Shown here piece after piece: positions 10,601 to 19,904 of a stretch of 64,000 bases of DNA. The DNA comes from Candidatus Latescibacterota bacterium (lineage in GTDB: Bacteria; Latescibacterota; UBA2968; GCA-2709665), in contig OZ244744.1 in NCBI GenBank assembly GCA_965219455.1, positions 3,968,001-4,032,000 of the forward strand. Reading direction: 5' to 3'. The position numbers were made by a program, and so were the translations under genes. Under the pieces are notes generated by a model. The model searched no databases. It was not told the origin of the DNA and saw only the letters and a program-made list of their open reading frames with translations. Within the stretch, counting starts at the first letter, position 1, and each line of letters begins with the position of its first letter.

Positions 10601-11740
10601 GCGTCGGGGCACGAGGGAATCCACGGACTGCATACCGGGATCTTTCGAAACGGACAGAGCCAGGCATTCGTGGGAAGCGCGTGTACGCTGGAAATCCTGA
10701 ACGAAAAAGGTCAGCTCGAGGAGCGGCTGCCGGTGTTCTGGGGGCCCGGAACCCGGTTCGCACTGATCGAGAGTCCCAGGGCCGGCGTCGATCTCCTGAT
10801 CGCGCGCCAGCCGACGGATTCGCACGCGCTCTCGCTTGTAAACAGCCGGACGAGCGACGTGATTCGCGGCAGGTTTGCCGGAGTTCCGGCAGGCCACACG
10901 TATATTGGCGGATGGGCCTCGATGAGCAGGAAACACATTTTCAACGAAGATCTGGATGCTGACGGGACGAAAGAGGTGGTCAGCGAGATCAACGGCACGT
11001 GGAACCGGGTGACCGTGTGGGGTGAGAACGGGGCCGCCCTCTACAACGCGAACTTCGGCCCGGGGGATCCGATACCCGCACAGAATATGCGCGACCTGGA
11101 TATCGGCGATCTGGACGGAGACGGGAAGAAGGAGATTCTGGCGGCGACGTCGAAGGGACTTGTGGTCGCGCTGGACGCGCGTTGCAACCGGGTGTGGTCC
11201 CGCCGGCTTCCCAGCCCGCCCACCGTGCTGGCGTTCTTACGCGCCTATGACGCGTCCTGGGTCGTGACCGGCTGCGAGGACGGCAGCGTCGTCGTATTGG
11301 ACGGATCCGGGGAGGTCCGGGGTCTGGGAAAGGTCTCGGGGAAGCCGACCCATATTCTGAGACTGGGAGACGGCGTGGTGGTAGGGACCGACAGGGGCGA
11401 AGTGACGGGATGGAAGATCGGCGGCAGCTTCATGTGGGATGCACCGGCCGAGCCAGGGGAATATGCGCTGCATCAGAATTTCCCCAACCCCTTCAATATT
11501 GAGTGCCAGATCGCTTACCAGCTGCCCGAAGCCGGTGAAATCTCGCTGATCGTCTACAATCTGCTGGGGCAACGGGTCCGCGTGCTGGCGGAAGGAAACC
11601 GGCAGGTCGGATATTACCAGGTCGCCTGGGACGGGAGAGATGACTCGGGGAGGGAAGTGTCCAGCGGCGTCTACTGCAGCCGTCTGGTCGTGGGTGACGG
11701 CAAGTTTACGGCGGTAAAGAAGATGGTACTCTTGAAATGA
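7622..11740 (+). CDS. Large secreted protein: putative alpha/alpha-toroid/heparinase-like region, beta-propeller (FG-GAP/PQQ-like), C-terminal FlgD-Ig/sorting domain
   Basis: Signal peptide; DLDGDGKKEI and DLDADGTKEV motifs; C-terminal YALHQNFPNPFN..YNLLGQRVRVL..WDGRDDSG..KKMVLLK. The catalytic assignment is inference. Confidence 0.75.
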   Translation: MYPRVLALLLLFVLSATPPYANSASTPPVYSALKNLYLTTVLVENGRAAAIIVVPSSGIYDADAVRIQRAILARTGVEVPVARDDSPAGSVPIAENLIVLGNRSTNRTIAGLYDRYYILLDLKYPGPDGHVVRSLHNPFGNGRNVIAVGGSDAAGVAKATDVFIRKLAGDPGSGAGLSVGWLAEIRLGNGMQVPEALQDFETWEASAGYRSVGYFGWNSISKHMAMYYMTGEEHHAQEFLRLAFPDAEARARIAAIDGERIENKDAPLSGPYHYTAHMMILYWDLIEESPVFTDEQRLRITNAFAKQFEHDPYGQSRTAMIVRNLDMGREAYDTPPSGVGTRHHQWAAIALYCLGRYFQKDYPNPLWQHCMWAAEWQFSPLRHHAWVMGEADNLYWYSTGIAPIFTYLLISGDRAPLRNGVLVTLLRGQEMLISGREPDWALRYASLGYLHKAAYLTGDGRFVEYARRTGVAMDGFRLGQSFWPEPGLVPEQPTDLTQKWSILEVPEPFWERRGSGLPLSDSFQFGSFRSTTDAAGDFILIDGLNGASRNPYHSFAVLELRLDGETVLEGYGNQVLTVADGLVEPHSPMDAALRYRDVLGRTAVAVAGVPDASFCSWRRALVQRVGKYALFVDRLKFRVDSANLEVRTEWTGPGRWRSISAGGESYIESGATRFGIRASDPVEIVLNGRTASLVWTGSVSSGEERAFYSLIAGNGTAEAPVACVRLGAQAAALGLPEPAIAVGGEYARIQGDIVLLASDHLFGKDLKSAGMEAVLFTSDAPVDLDWDFSTASMVLTTRYETSISAAFAEPSDVRIDGVPLPLRAVSDSGAVFQVAKGRHILTGAAPDPDVLAGTVDGLRELLSQALTARRRDAEIHVTPAAPDGPPAPLFLKTRIGGAVADMISFEADGRNWVGVAEDRGVHLLTSDGREGRFFGTDGPVRVLRWWDAFQLLLVGCRDEQVIAFDLEGRRRWTFVSEMHPAVYQAGKTYWFKTASGHEGIHGLHTGIFRNGQSQAFVGSACTLEILNEKGQLEERLPVFWGPGTRFALIESPRAGVDLLIARQPTDSHALSLVNSRTSDVIRGRFAGVPAGHTYIGGWASMSRKHIFNEDLDADGTKEVVSEINGTWNRVTVWGENGAALYNANFGPGDPIPAQNMRDLDIGDLDGDGKKEILAATSKGLVVALDARCNRVWSRRLPSPPTVLAFLRAYDASWVVTGCEDGSVVVLDGSGEVRGLGKVSGKPTHILRLGDGVVVGTDRGEVTGWKIGGSFMWDAPAEPGEYALHQNFPNPFNIECQIAYQLPEAGEISLIVYNLLGQRVRVLAEGNRQVGYYQVAWDGRDDSGREVSSGVYCSRLVVGDGKFTAVKKMVLLK

Positions 11741-11850
11741 TGTCCCGTCCTGACAGCTGACGACCTCACGGAGCATCGATCCCGGATTCGGACCGACCGG
11801 AGTTCGCCCGCCGTATCGTCTGAGTGTGTCGGGAGCATCCCGCTGAAACG

Positions 11851-13269
11851 CTATCTCTTTTTCGGGATGTAGAGGTCGGTAGCGGTACCCAGGTGGATTT
11901 CAGCGGCGATGCCCAGGGATTCGGAGAGGGAAGGGTGAGGGTGGATCGTGTGCGCCAGGTCTTCGGCGACAGCGGCCATTTCGACGCCAAGGACGGCTTC
12001 GGCGATGAGTTCGCCGGCATTGGGGCCGACGATGCCCGTCCCCAGGATTCGGCTGGTCTGAGGGTCAAAAATCAGTTTCGTGAGTCCCTCGGTACGTCCC
12101 AGGGTTGCGGCCCGGCCCGAGGCGGCCCATGGATAGCGGGCGATTTTGACAGGGCGATCCTGCTCCCGCGCCTGGGTTTCGGTAAGGCCGCACCAGGCAA
12201 TTTCAGGATCCGTGTATACCACGGAGGGGACGATGCTGTCGAAGGCCGCGGGTTGCCCGGCGATGACTTCGGCGGCAACTTTCCCCTGGTGGGCGGCTTT
12301 GTGGGCGAGCCCGGGGCCATCGACCACGTCGCCAACGGCAAAGATGCGGCTGTCGGCCGTACGCATGTGTCCATCGACGACGATGAAGCCGGGATCCGAG
12401 AGACCTGCCCGTGTATTCTCCAGCCCCAGGTTTTCGGTGTTGGGTATCCGGCCCGCCGAGAGCAGAATTTTGTCGTAGGTCTGTGGCGCCCCCTTGTAAT
12501 CGCCTTCGAAACGCGCGGATACCCCATTCAGATTTTCTTCCAGGGCGGCGACGGCGGTGTTGACGTGGATGCCGTCGAAGATGCCTTCCAGGTGTTTTTG
12601 CAGGGGTTTGACCAGATCTCGGTCCACCCCGGGTAAGAGGCCGCCGGTGATCTCGACGAGCGTCACCTGGCTTCCGAGTTGGGCGTAGACGGTACTCAGT
12701 TCCAGACCGATGATGCCGCCGCCTACGGCCAACAGGCGATTGGGGATATTCTCCAGTTCAAGCGCCTTATTCGAATCCAGGATATTCGGGCTGTCGATGT
12801 CGAAAACCGGGGGCACTGCGGGACGGGCCCCGGTGGCGACGATGGCATGGACGAAGTCGATTTGAGCGACGTCGTCACCCCCCGAGATACGGACCCGATC
12901 GGACGATTCGAAGACGGCGCGGCCGCGGATCCGCGTGACTCGACGGCGACGGCAAAGTGCGTCGAGGCCGCGTGAGAGCTTCGCGAGGATACCGTCTTTC
13001 CAATTTCGCATTTTCTCGAGATCGATTTCCGGTTCGGAGAACGTCAATCCACACGCCGCAGCTTCACGGGATTCCGAAATCAGGCTTGCAACGTGAAGCA
13101 GGGCTTTGGAGGGGATGCAACCCCGGAGCAGGCATGTGCCTCCGAGGCGGTCGTCGGCTTCTACCAGAGTGACGGGGATGCCGAGGTCCGCTGATCTGAA
13201 AGCGGCGGCGTAACCGCCCGGCCCCCCGCCGATAACGACGAGGTCGGTCTTGTGGGTGTTTTCCGGCAT
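11851..13269 (-). CDS. lpdA: Dihydrolipoyl dehydrogenase (E3)
   Basis: GGGPGGY, GGTCLLRGCIPSK redox disulfide, HPHPSLSE. Confidence 0.97.
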   Translation of the reverse strand: MPENTHKTDLVVIGGGPGGYAAAFRSADLGIPVTLVEADDRLGGTCLLRGCIPSKALLHVASLISESREAAACGLTFSEPEIDLEKMRNWKDGILAKLSRGLDALCRRRRVTRIRGRAVFESSDRVRISGGDDVAQIDFVHAIVATGARPAVPPVFDIDSPNILDSNKALELENIPNRLLAVGGGIIGLELSTVYAQLGSQVTLVEITGGLLPGVDRDLVKPLQKHLEGIFDGIHVNTAVAALEENLNGVSARFEGDYKGAPQTYDKILLSAGRIPNTENLGLENTRAGLSDPGFIVVDGHMRTADSRIFAVGDVVDGPGLAHKAAHQGKVAAEVIAGQPAAFDSIVPSVVYTDPEIAWCGLTETQAREQDRPVKIARYPWAASGRAATLGRTEGLTKLIFDPQTSRILGTGIVGPNAGELIAEAVLGVEMAAVAEDLAHTIHPHPSLSESLGIAAEIHLGTATDLYIPKKR

Positions 13270-13349
13270 GGTCGCTCCGGATTGGAAAACATGCAAGGCC
13301 GCAGCCCGGATGGACTTTTTCAACGGGCTGTTAGATCTTCGATCGCCGG

Positions 13350-14642
13350 CTATCCCCCGAGGAGCATGCGTTCCGGGTCTTCGAGGGACTCAACCAGATG
13401 CCTGGTAAATCGTGCGCCGTCGGCGCCATCCACGACGCGGTGGTCGTACGATAGGCAGATTGGCATGATGAGACGGGGTTCGATGCGCCCATCGTGCACG
13501 ACCGGTTCCCGTCGGGACCGCCCCATGCCGAGTATGGCGACTTCGGGGAAGTTGACGATGGGGGTGAAGGAAGTACCGCCAATGCTGCCCAGATTGGTGA
13601 CGGTAAAGGTGCCGCCCTGAAGCTCTTGGAGGTCGGCCCTGCCCTCCCGCGTACGGTGGGCGAGTTCGTCGAGCTGAACGGCAAGTTCGAAGATGTCTTT
13701 GCGGTCGACGTCGCGGATAACCGGCACGATCAGGCCCCTCTCCGTATCAACGGCCACGCCGATGTGGTAGTAGTGCTTGAGAATGAGCTGTCCGGCGGCC
13801 AGGTCCAGGCTGGCGTTGAACTGCGGAAAGGCTTTCAGCGCGCTGACGCAGGCTTTCAGGACAAATGGCGTCGGTGTGAGCTTGCCGCCCCGGGCTTCGG
13901 TGCCGGCCTTGTGCCGCCGTCGGAAAGCTTCCAGGTCGGTCACGTCGGCCCGATCGAACTGCGTGACGTGCGGGACCTGCGCCCAGGCCGTGCCGACGTT
14001 CTGTGCAATGGTTCTACGGACCCCGGGGAGGGGCTGTCGTTCGACACGGCCCCATCGGGTGAAGTCCGGCAGGTCGGGCGCGACGACAGGTCCGACGGAT
14101 GCCGCTTCGTTCAGGGAGGACTGCACGTAGCTCTTCACGTCGTCACGGGTAATCCGGCCGCCGGCGCCGCTGCCCGGAATCTGGCGCAAATCGACGCCGA
14201 GTTCACGCGCGAATCGTCGCACGGAGGGTGCGGCCGGCACCGTGACCTGCGCAGTTTCGGGGGCCTTGGGCGTCTCGTCGGTCGTGTCCGCGTTCACCGG
14301 ACCGGGCGGCGCCTGCAGTTCCGCCGGCGGATCCGTCGGTGGCGGCTGGACCTCTTCATCGGACGCGCGCGATTCCTGCACGGCTACCCGCGCGTCCGAC
14401 GCTTGTGATGCATCGACGGCGATAAGTACGGTTCCGGGCGAGATGCTGTCGCCGTTCTTGACGTTGACCGAAACGACCGTTCCGGCAATAGAAGACGGGA
14501 CTTCAACCAGCGCTTTGTCGGTTTCCAGTTCGATGACGGGCTGATCGACCTCGATTGAATCACCTTCCGAGACCATGATACGCACCACGTCGCCCTGATC
14601 GATGCCTTCGCCAAGGTCCGGAAGTCTGAATTCCTCGGCCAC
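13350..14642 (-). CDS. aceF: Dihydrolipoamide acetyltransferase (E2), single lipoyl domain
   Basis: Lipoyl motif ETDKA, E3-binding PSVRRFARELGVDL, catalytic DHRVVDGA. GTG start after a GGAGG RBS. Confidence 0.95.
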   Translation of the reverse strand: MAEEFRLPDLGEGIDQGDVVRIMVSEGDSIEVDQPVIELETDKALVEVPSSIAGTVVSVNVKNGDSISPGTVLIAVDASQASDARVAVQESRASDEEVQPPPTDPPAELQAPPGPVNADTTDETPKAPETAQVTVPAAPSVRRFARELGVDLRQIPGSGAGGRITRDDVKSYVQSSLNEAASVGPVVAPDLPDFTRWGRVERQPLPGVRRTIAQNVGTAWAQVPHVTQFDRADVTDLEAFRRRHKAGTEARGGKLTPTPFVLKACVSALKAFPQFNASLDLAAGQLILKHYYHIGVAVDTERGLIVPVIRDVDRKDIFELAVQLDELAHRTREGRADLQELQGGTFTVTNLGSIGGTSFTPIVNFPEVAILGMGRSRREPVVHDGRIEPRLIMPICLSYDHRVVDGADGARFTRHLVESLEDPERMLLGG

Positions 14643-14670
14643 GGTTCCTCCTTTGCGGGTGCCTCGAGCG

Positions 14671-17376
14671 CTATTTTCCGTAACTCAACGTTGGACCGGC
14701 CGCGACCGGGTTGGCTTTATCGGGGTCGACGCCGAGGTCCTCAATGGCATTTTCAACCTGGTCTCTCCCGATCCCGCCCTGGTTTGAGAGGGCGTGGAGC
14801 GCAGCGACGGCGATGGATTCGGCATCGACTTCAAAGTGTCTGCGAAGCGCCTCCCTGGTATCGCTCCTTCCAAAGCCGTCGGTACCCAGGGCAACCAGAT
14901 CCTGTGGCACCCAGGGTCGGATCATGTCGGGCAGGATTTTCATATAGTCGGAGGCGGCCACGACAGGACCCCGGGCGTCATTGAGTACGTCGGTTATGTA
15001 TGGCTTACGTGCCGGTTTTGAGGGGTGCAGCCGGTTCCAGCGTTCGGTTTCGAGGGCGTCTTTGCGCAGTTCCTTGTAGCTGGTGACGCTCCAGACCTGC
15101 GCGGAGATGCCGTATTTCTCAGCCAGAATTTCCCGGGCGCGGAGGGCCTCCCTGAGGATGGCGCCGCTGCCCAAAAGTTGAACGTGATGCGTTGCGTTTT
15201 CCAGGGAGCCCGGCTTGAGTCTATAGATACCTCGGATAATTCCTTCCTCGACGCCCTCCGGCATGGCCGGCATGTCGTAGGGCTCGTTTCCCAGCGTCAG
15301 ATAATAAAAGATATCTTCCTGCTCCCCGTACATGCGCCGGATACCGTCCTGAATGATGACCGCGATTTCGTAAGCATAGGCGGGGTCGTAAGTGAGCAGA
15401 TTGGGGACGGTGCTGGCCAGCACGTGGCTGTGACCGTCCTGGTGTTGAAGGCCTTCTCCGTTCAACGTCGTTCGGCCGGCCGTACCCCCCAGGAGGAAAC
15501 CCTTGCACCGCATATCCGCGGCGGCCCAGATCAGGTCGCCGATGCGCTGAAAGCCGAACATGGAGTAGTAGATGAAAAACGGGATGGTGTTCACACCACA
15601 GGTGGCATAGGCGGTGCCCGCGGCAATGAAGGAGCACATGGAACCGGCTTCGTTGATGCCTTCTTCCAGGATTTGACCTTCCCTGACTTCCCGGTAGTAC
15701 AGCAGCGTATCGGCGTCTACGGGTTCGTAGAGCTGGCCGACGCGGGAGTAGATTCCCCATTGTCGAAAGAGCGGTTCCATGCCGAACGTGCGGGCTTCGT
15801 CCGGAATGATGGGCACGATGAGTTTGCCGATTTCGGGATCGCGAAGGAGCTTGGAGAACATCCGGACGAAGGCCATGGTTGTGGAGGCCTGCCGACCCTG
15901 CGTGCCCTTCAGGAATTCGTCGAAATCGTCCAGGGGGGGAACGGCGAGTGGTCTTGTATGAACCTGCCGGCTGGGCAGATAGCCGCCCAGTTCCTCCCGG
16001 CGTCGTTTCATGTATTCAATTTCCGGGCTGCCTTCCGGAGGCCGGTAAAACGGTGCGGCGGCGACTTCGTCGTCCGAGATGGGGATGCCGAAGCGAGATC
16101 GGAATTCCCGCAGTTCGTCTTCGTTCAGCTTCTTCTGTTGGTGAGTGACGTTCCGGCCTTCGCCGGATTCGCCTATCCCGTAGCCCTTGATCGTTTTTGC
16201 GAGGATTACGGTGGGCGAGCCCCGGTGCTCCACGGCCGACTTGTAGGCGGCGTAGACTTTTTCGGGGTCGTGCCCGCCGCGGCGCATTTTCTGCAGCTGT
16301 TCGTCGGAAAGGTGGTCGACCATTCCGAGCAATTTGGGATGGTTACCAAAGAAATCTTTGCGGATGTAGTCGCCGGATTCAACTGTATATTTCTGGTATT
16401 GGCCGTCCACCACTTCGTTCATGCGCTGGACGAGTATCCCCTCGTGGTCCCGGGCCAGCAACGGGTCCCAGTCGTCGCCCCAAACCACTTTGATGACGTT
16501 CCAACCGGCGCCGCGGAATGCGGCTTCCAATTCCTGAATCACCTTGCCGTTACCGCGTACCGGGCCGTCCAGCCGCTGGAGATTACAGTTAATCACGAAG
16601 ATGAGGTTGTCCAGCTTTTCCCTGGAGGCCAGCGTGATTGCACCAAGAGATTCGGGCTCGTCGGTTTCGCCGTCGCCCATGAAGACCCAGACGTGGGTAC
16701 CGGAGGTGTCTTTGAGGCCTCGATCCTCCAGGTAGCGGTTGAAACGCGCGTGATAGATGCCCATAATAGGCGCCAGGCCCATGGACACCGTGGGGTATTC
16801 CCAGAAGTCGGGCATCAGCCAGGGGTGCGGGTATGAGGACAGCCCGCCGGGACGTCGGAGGTCTCGGCGGAAGTTCTCCAGAAACTGTTCGTCGAGCCTG
16901 CCTTCGAGGAAAGCCCGGGCGTAGACGCCCGGCGCGGCGTGCCCCTGGAAATACACCTGGTCGCCCACGAAGCCGTTGCCCCTGCCGTGAAAGAAGTGGT
17001 CGAAACCCACCTCGAGCAGCGTGGCCGCGGACGCGTAGGTGGAAATGTGGCCGCCAATGCCGTCGTATTCGCGGTTGGCGCGTACCACCATGGCCATGGC
17101 GTTCCAGCGAATGATGCTCTTGATACGGCGTTCGATTTCGCGGTTGCCCGGGTACGGGTGCTGCTGATCCACCGGAATGGTGTTGACGTAGGGCGTATTT
17201 GCGCTGAAGGGGATGACGACGTCCGCCCGGTGCGCCCATTCTTCAATTTTCTTGAACAGGAAGCGCACCCGGTTCGGTCCGTAGTTTTCCAGGGCATAGT
17301 CGAGCGATTCGATCCAGTCCTGGGTTTCGGCGGGGTCGACGTCCCGGGAAGGGGTTCGGACGACTTTATCAGACAT
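14671..17376 (-). CDS. aceE: Pyruvate dehydrogenase E1, homodimeric type
   Basis: GGHISTYAS, FQGHAAPG, TPP motif GDGETDEPE..NCNLQRLDGPV, GEGLQHQDG, GTDGFGRSD. Confidence 0.97.
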   Translation of the reverse strand: MSDKVVRTPSRDVDPAETQDWIESLDYALENYGPNRVRFLFKKIEEWAHRADVVIPFSANTPYVNTIPVDQQHPYPGNREIERRIKSIIRWNAMAMVVRANREYDGIGGHISTYASAATLLEVGFDHFFHGRGNGFVGDQVYFQGHAAPGVYARAFLEGRLDEQFLENFRRDLRRPGGLSSYPHPWLMPDFWEYPTVSMGLAPIMGIYHARFNRYLEDRGLKDTSGTHVWVFMGDGETDEPESLGAITLASREKLDNLIFVINCNLQRLDGPVRGNGKVIQELEAAFRGAGWNVIKVVWGDDWDPLLARDHEGILVQRMNEVVDGQYQKYTVESGDYIRKDFFGNHPKLLGMVDHLSDEQLQKMRRGGHDPEKVYAAYKSAVEHRGSPTVILAKTIKGYGIGESGEGRNVTHQQKKLNEDELREFRSRFGIPISDDEVAAAPFYRPPEGSPEIEYMKRRREELGGYLPSRQVHTRPLAVPPLDDFDEFLKGTQGRQASTTMAFVRMFSKLLRDPEIGKLIVPIIPDEARTFGMEPLFRQWGIYSRVGQLYEPVDADTLLYYREVREGQILEEGINEAGSMCSFIAAGTAYATCGVNTIPFFIYYSMFGFQRIGDLIWAAADMRCKGFLLGGTAGRTTLNGEGLQHQDGHSHVLASTVPNLLTYDPAYAYEIAVIIQDGIRRMYGEQEDIFYYLTLGNEPYDMPAMPEGVEEGIIRGIYRLKPGSLENATHHVQLLGSGAILREALRAREILAEKYGISAQVWSVTSYKELRKDALETERWNRLHPSKPARKPYITDVLNDARGPVVAASDYMKILPDMIRPWVPQDLVALGTDGFGRSDTREALRRHFEVDAESIAVAALHALSNQGGIGRDQVENAIEDLGVDPDKANPVAAGPTLSYGK

Positions 17377-17590
17377 TAACGGCCTCGTTGTGATTTACCG
17401 TGCGCGGGCTTGTTGCTGACGGATTGATCGATGCCCCATCGGCCTCTGAATTTACCGGTAGACGGCTGAAAAGTCAACCATGATGCCCTTTTACGCCGCT
17501 TTAGCGGGCCTCTGCAGACAAAAGGCCCCGGGAGGCACTCCTCCAGAGGCTTTTTGTGCAACGACCCATAACGATGTTTACGGCGTGTTT

Positions 17591-19271
17591 TCAGATGATG
17601 CCGGCCATCTCCTGGAGCATGCGCCAGTTCTGCAGGCGATCTTCCTGGGCGGCCATAAGGGTTTCGGAAGGATTTCCGTCTCTGTCGAATTGCTTGGCGA
17701 AACGACCTTCCGTCCGGGTGAAAGTAACAAAATCGATGGTTTCGCCCGTTTTGCGGATGGTATACCAGTCGTCCTTGACGGCTGGGTTGCCCTTGAGGTC
17801 CAGCCGTTCCTTGATACGTTCCCCGTTGCGTGGATCGTAGATGAAGATGGGGAAGGCCCGCGATTCCATGGCCAGTTTGGCCTGGTGCCCGGCCAGGTGG
17901 TCTCCCACCCCGTGTTCGGGCTGGCAGGTGGTGAAGACGTTGATCACGGCCGGGCCGTCGAATTCGTTGGCCGCGGCAATGGCGGGGTAGAAGTGGTTGG
18001 GCAGGCTGCAGATGGTCTGGGCTACGAAGGTGTCCGGATGCATCATACAGATCTGACCGAGTTCTTTGCGGCGTTCGGTTTTTCCGGGAACGGCAGAGCC
18101 GTGGACGGACATTTTTGTGTTCTGGCCCATGTAACTCGAGGTGGACGCCTGGCCGCCGGTGTTGGAGTAGACCTGGGTGTCCAGGACCAGGACGTTGATA
18201 TCCATGCCGGATCAGCACCCGATCGAGACCAGGCCCGCCGGAAGTTCGCCCGTTTCCTGGTCGATTGTGCTTTCGACCAGTTCCCGCGGGACTTCGAATA
18301 CTTCCCGGTAACCTCTCATGATGGCGTTTATGTTGGCTTCCACGACGCCCTCGCCCTTCTTGCCCCAGTATTTGTTGACGGCGTTTTCGACATTCACAAA
18401 CAACTCGTCTTCCGTGAGATTCAGTTCCTTCTGGAAGGGGGTGTGTCTCAGAAAGATCCCCAGAAGAACAATACCCTGGAAACGCTGCATCAGATCCGGC
18501 GACGGCGCTTCTTCCAGGGCAATTTTAACGGCATTCAGGGCGAGAGGCTTGATTCGTCTGGTTCGGAACGTCCTCTTGGCCCAACCTGGAATGTTGTCCC
18601 ATACCTTCTCCGCCTCGGTGTGGGGGCTCTGGATGAAGACCATGCCGCCGTCGACAACGCCGGCGGCATCGGCGGAGGCGGCCTTGATTTCGGCGGTAAG
18701 GGGATTGGACTGCGCAAGCGGGTTGTCCATTCGTTCCACAATGGAAATGGCCTTTGTACCCTTGAGGGCCTGCACAATTTCGACGCCCGGGAACGGGCGG
18801 AACGACGTGACGTGAAGGGCGCCAACTTTCAGCCCCTCGGTCTCCCGAAGCCAGTCGACGGCCGTGAGCGCGCGCGCACCGAGTATGAAAGACGGCGGGA
18901 AGGCATTTGCCCAAGATCGTGTAGAGCACCTCTTTCATCAGAACCAGAACCAGACCCTGACCCGAGGTGAAGTTGGTGACCCGGCCGCCGGCCACGGCAA
19001 AGCCTTCGGACGCAGAAGCCGAACTGTGTTCGGACTCGGGCTCTATGAAGACCAGGGTATCGCCCCACAGGTTGACCCCGCCGTTTGACACCACCGCGCT
19101 GTATTTCTCGCCCAGAATCGAGGAAGACGTGATGGGAAAAGTGCAGGCGCCCTGGCTGATGTGTTTTTCTACCCAGATTGCGGCATCGCCGCCGTCGCCC
19201 ACGTCGGGAAAACCGGGAAACGGAAATTCACCTGGCCGTCCGGCAATCTGTATTTTGGCGCTTTCCGCCAT
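17591..19271 (-). pseudogene. Pyruvate:ferredoxin/flavodoxin oxidoreductase (NifJ-like) remnant with frameshift, stop and multiple internal deletions
   Basis: Successive fragments FPITSSS..ESEHSSAS..NFTSGQGL / LHVTSFRPFP / FQGIVLLGIFL / VLDTQVYSNTGGQ..TTCQPEHG span only ~1.7 kb in shifting frames. Confidence 0.9.
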
Positions 19272-19587
19272 GGCGCTTCTCCTTTTCAGTAGACACACGG
19301 CGTAGCGGAACCTGACGCCTGTCTGTCAGCCCGATCCACGACCGGCCTTGGTGCGCTTTCGATAATATAATTAATAAGATAAACTATATTTCACAGAAAA
19401 ACGCATTCGCGACCTGTCTGCAAGCGTTGTGTTGACGTGGTCCTTCAAATGATTAAATGAATGGAACGACGCGTGCAGTGGACGGTCGTTGAATCCACTT
19501 GCCCGATTTGCATGGGCCCTCCATATTTAACGTGATTAAAGAGTCTCTTCAAAGATCACGGGAGCGAACGAAACACGGAGGCAAACG

Positions 19588-19899
19588 ATGCCTGAACTCA
19601 GGTACGACGGCGGAGATCCCGTCCGGGCGCTTGCGTTTTCCCGGGAACACCGCGCGGATATGCGGGCGTTGCGAAGGGTGTTTGTGGGGCCGGAGGGTGC
19701 GACCGTAAAGGATATTAACGGCGAAGAGATGTTTCTGGAAGGACTTACGTTGGGTCAGCCCCAACTGGAATCGCTGCTGAAGCTGGCCGGGGCTTCCTAC
19801 AATCCGTCAACGCTGCACGACGCGCCTCGCGGCCGAAGTCCGGTCAAGGAATTCGAGATTGTCAAACAGGACCCCTGGGGACACGATCGGGTGTTGTAG
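19588..19899 (+). CDS. Hypothetical protein (103 aa)
   Basis: GGAGG RBS and ATG; fills the gap between neighbours; no recognised motif. Confidence 0.7.
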   Translation: MPELRYDGGDPVRALAFSREHRADMRALRRVFVGPEGATVKDINGEEMFLEGLTLGQPQLESLLKLAGASYNPSTLHDAPRGRSPVKEFEIVKQDPWGHDRVL

Positions 19900-19904
19900 G
19901 CGAC

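Noticed and set aside
15025-16836. 603-aa + strand ORF, and similar long antisense ORFs at 17480-18970, 29602-30981 and 41001-42083
   Set aside because: Shadow frames opposite well-supported genes (aceE, the PFOR remnant, topA, the R-M enzyme).
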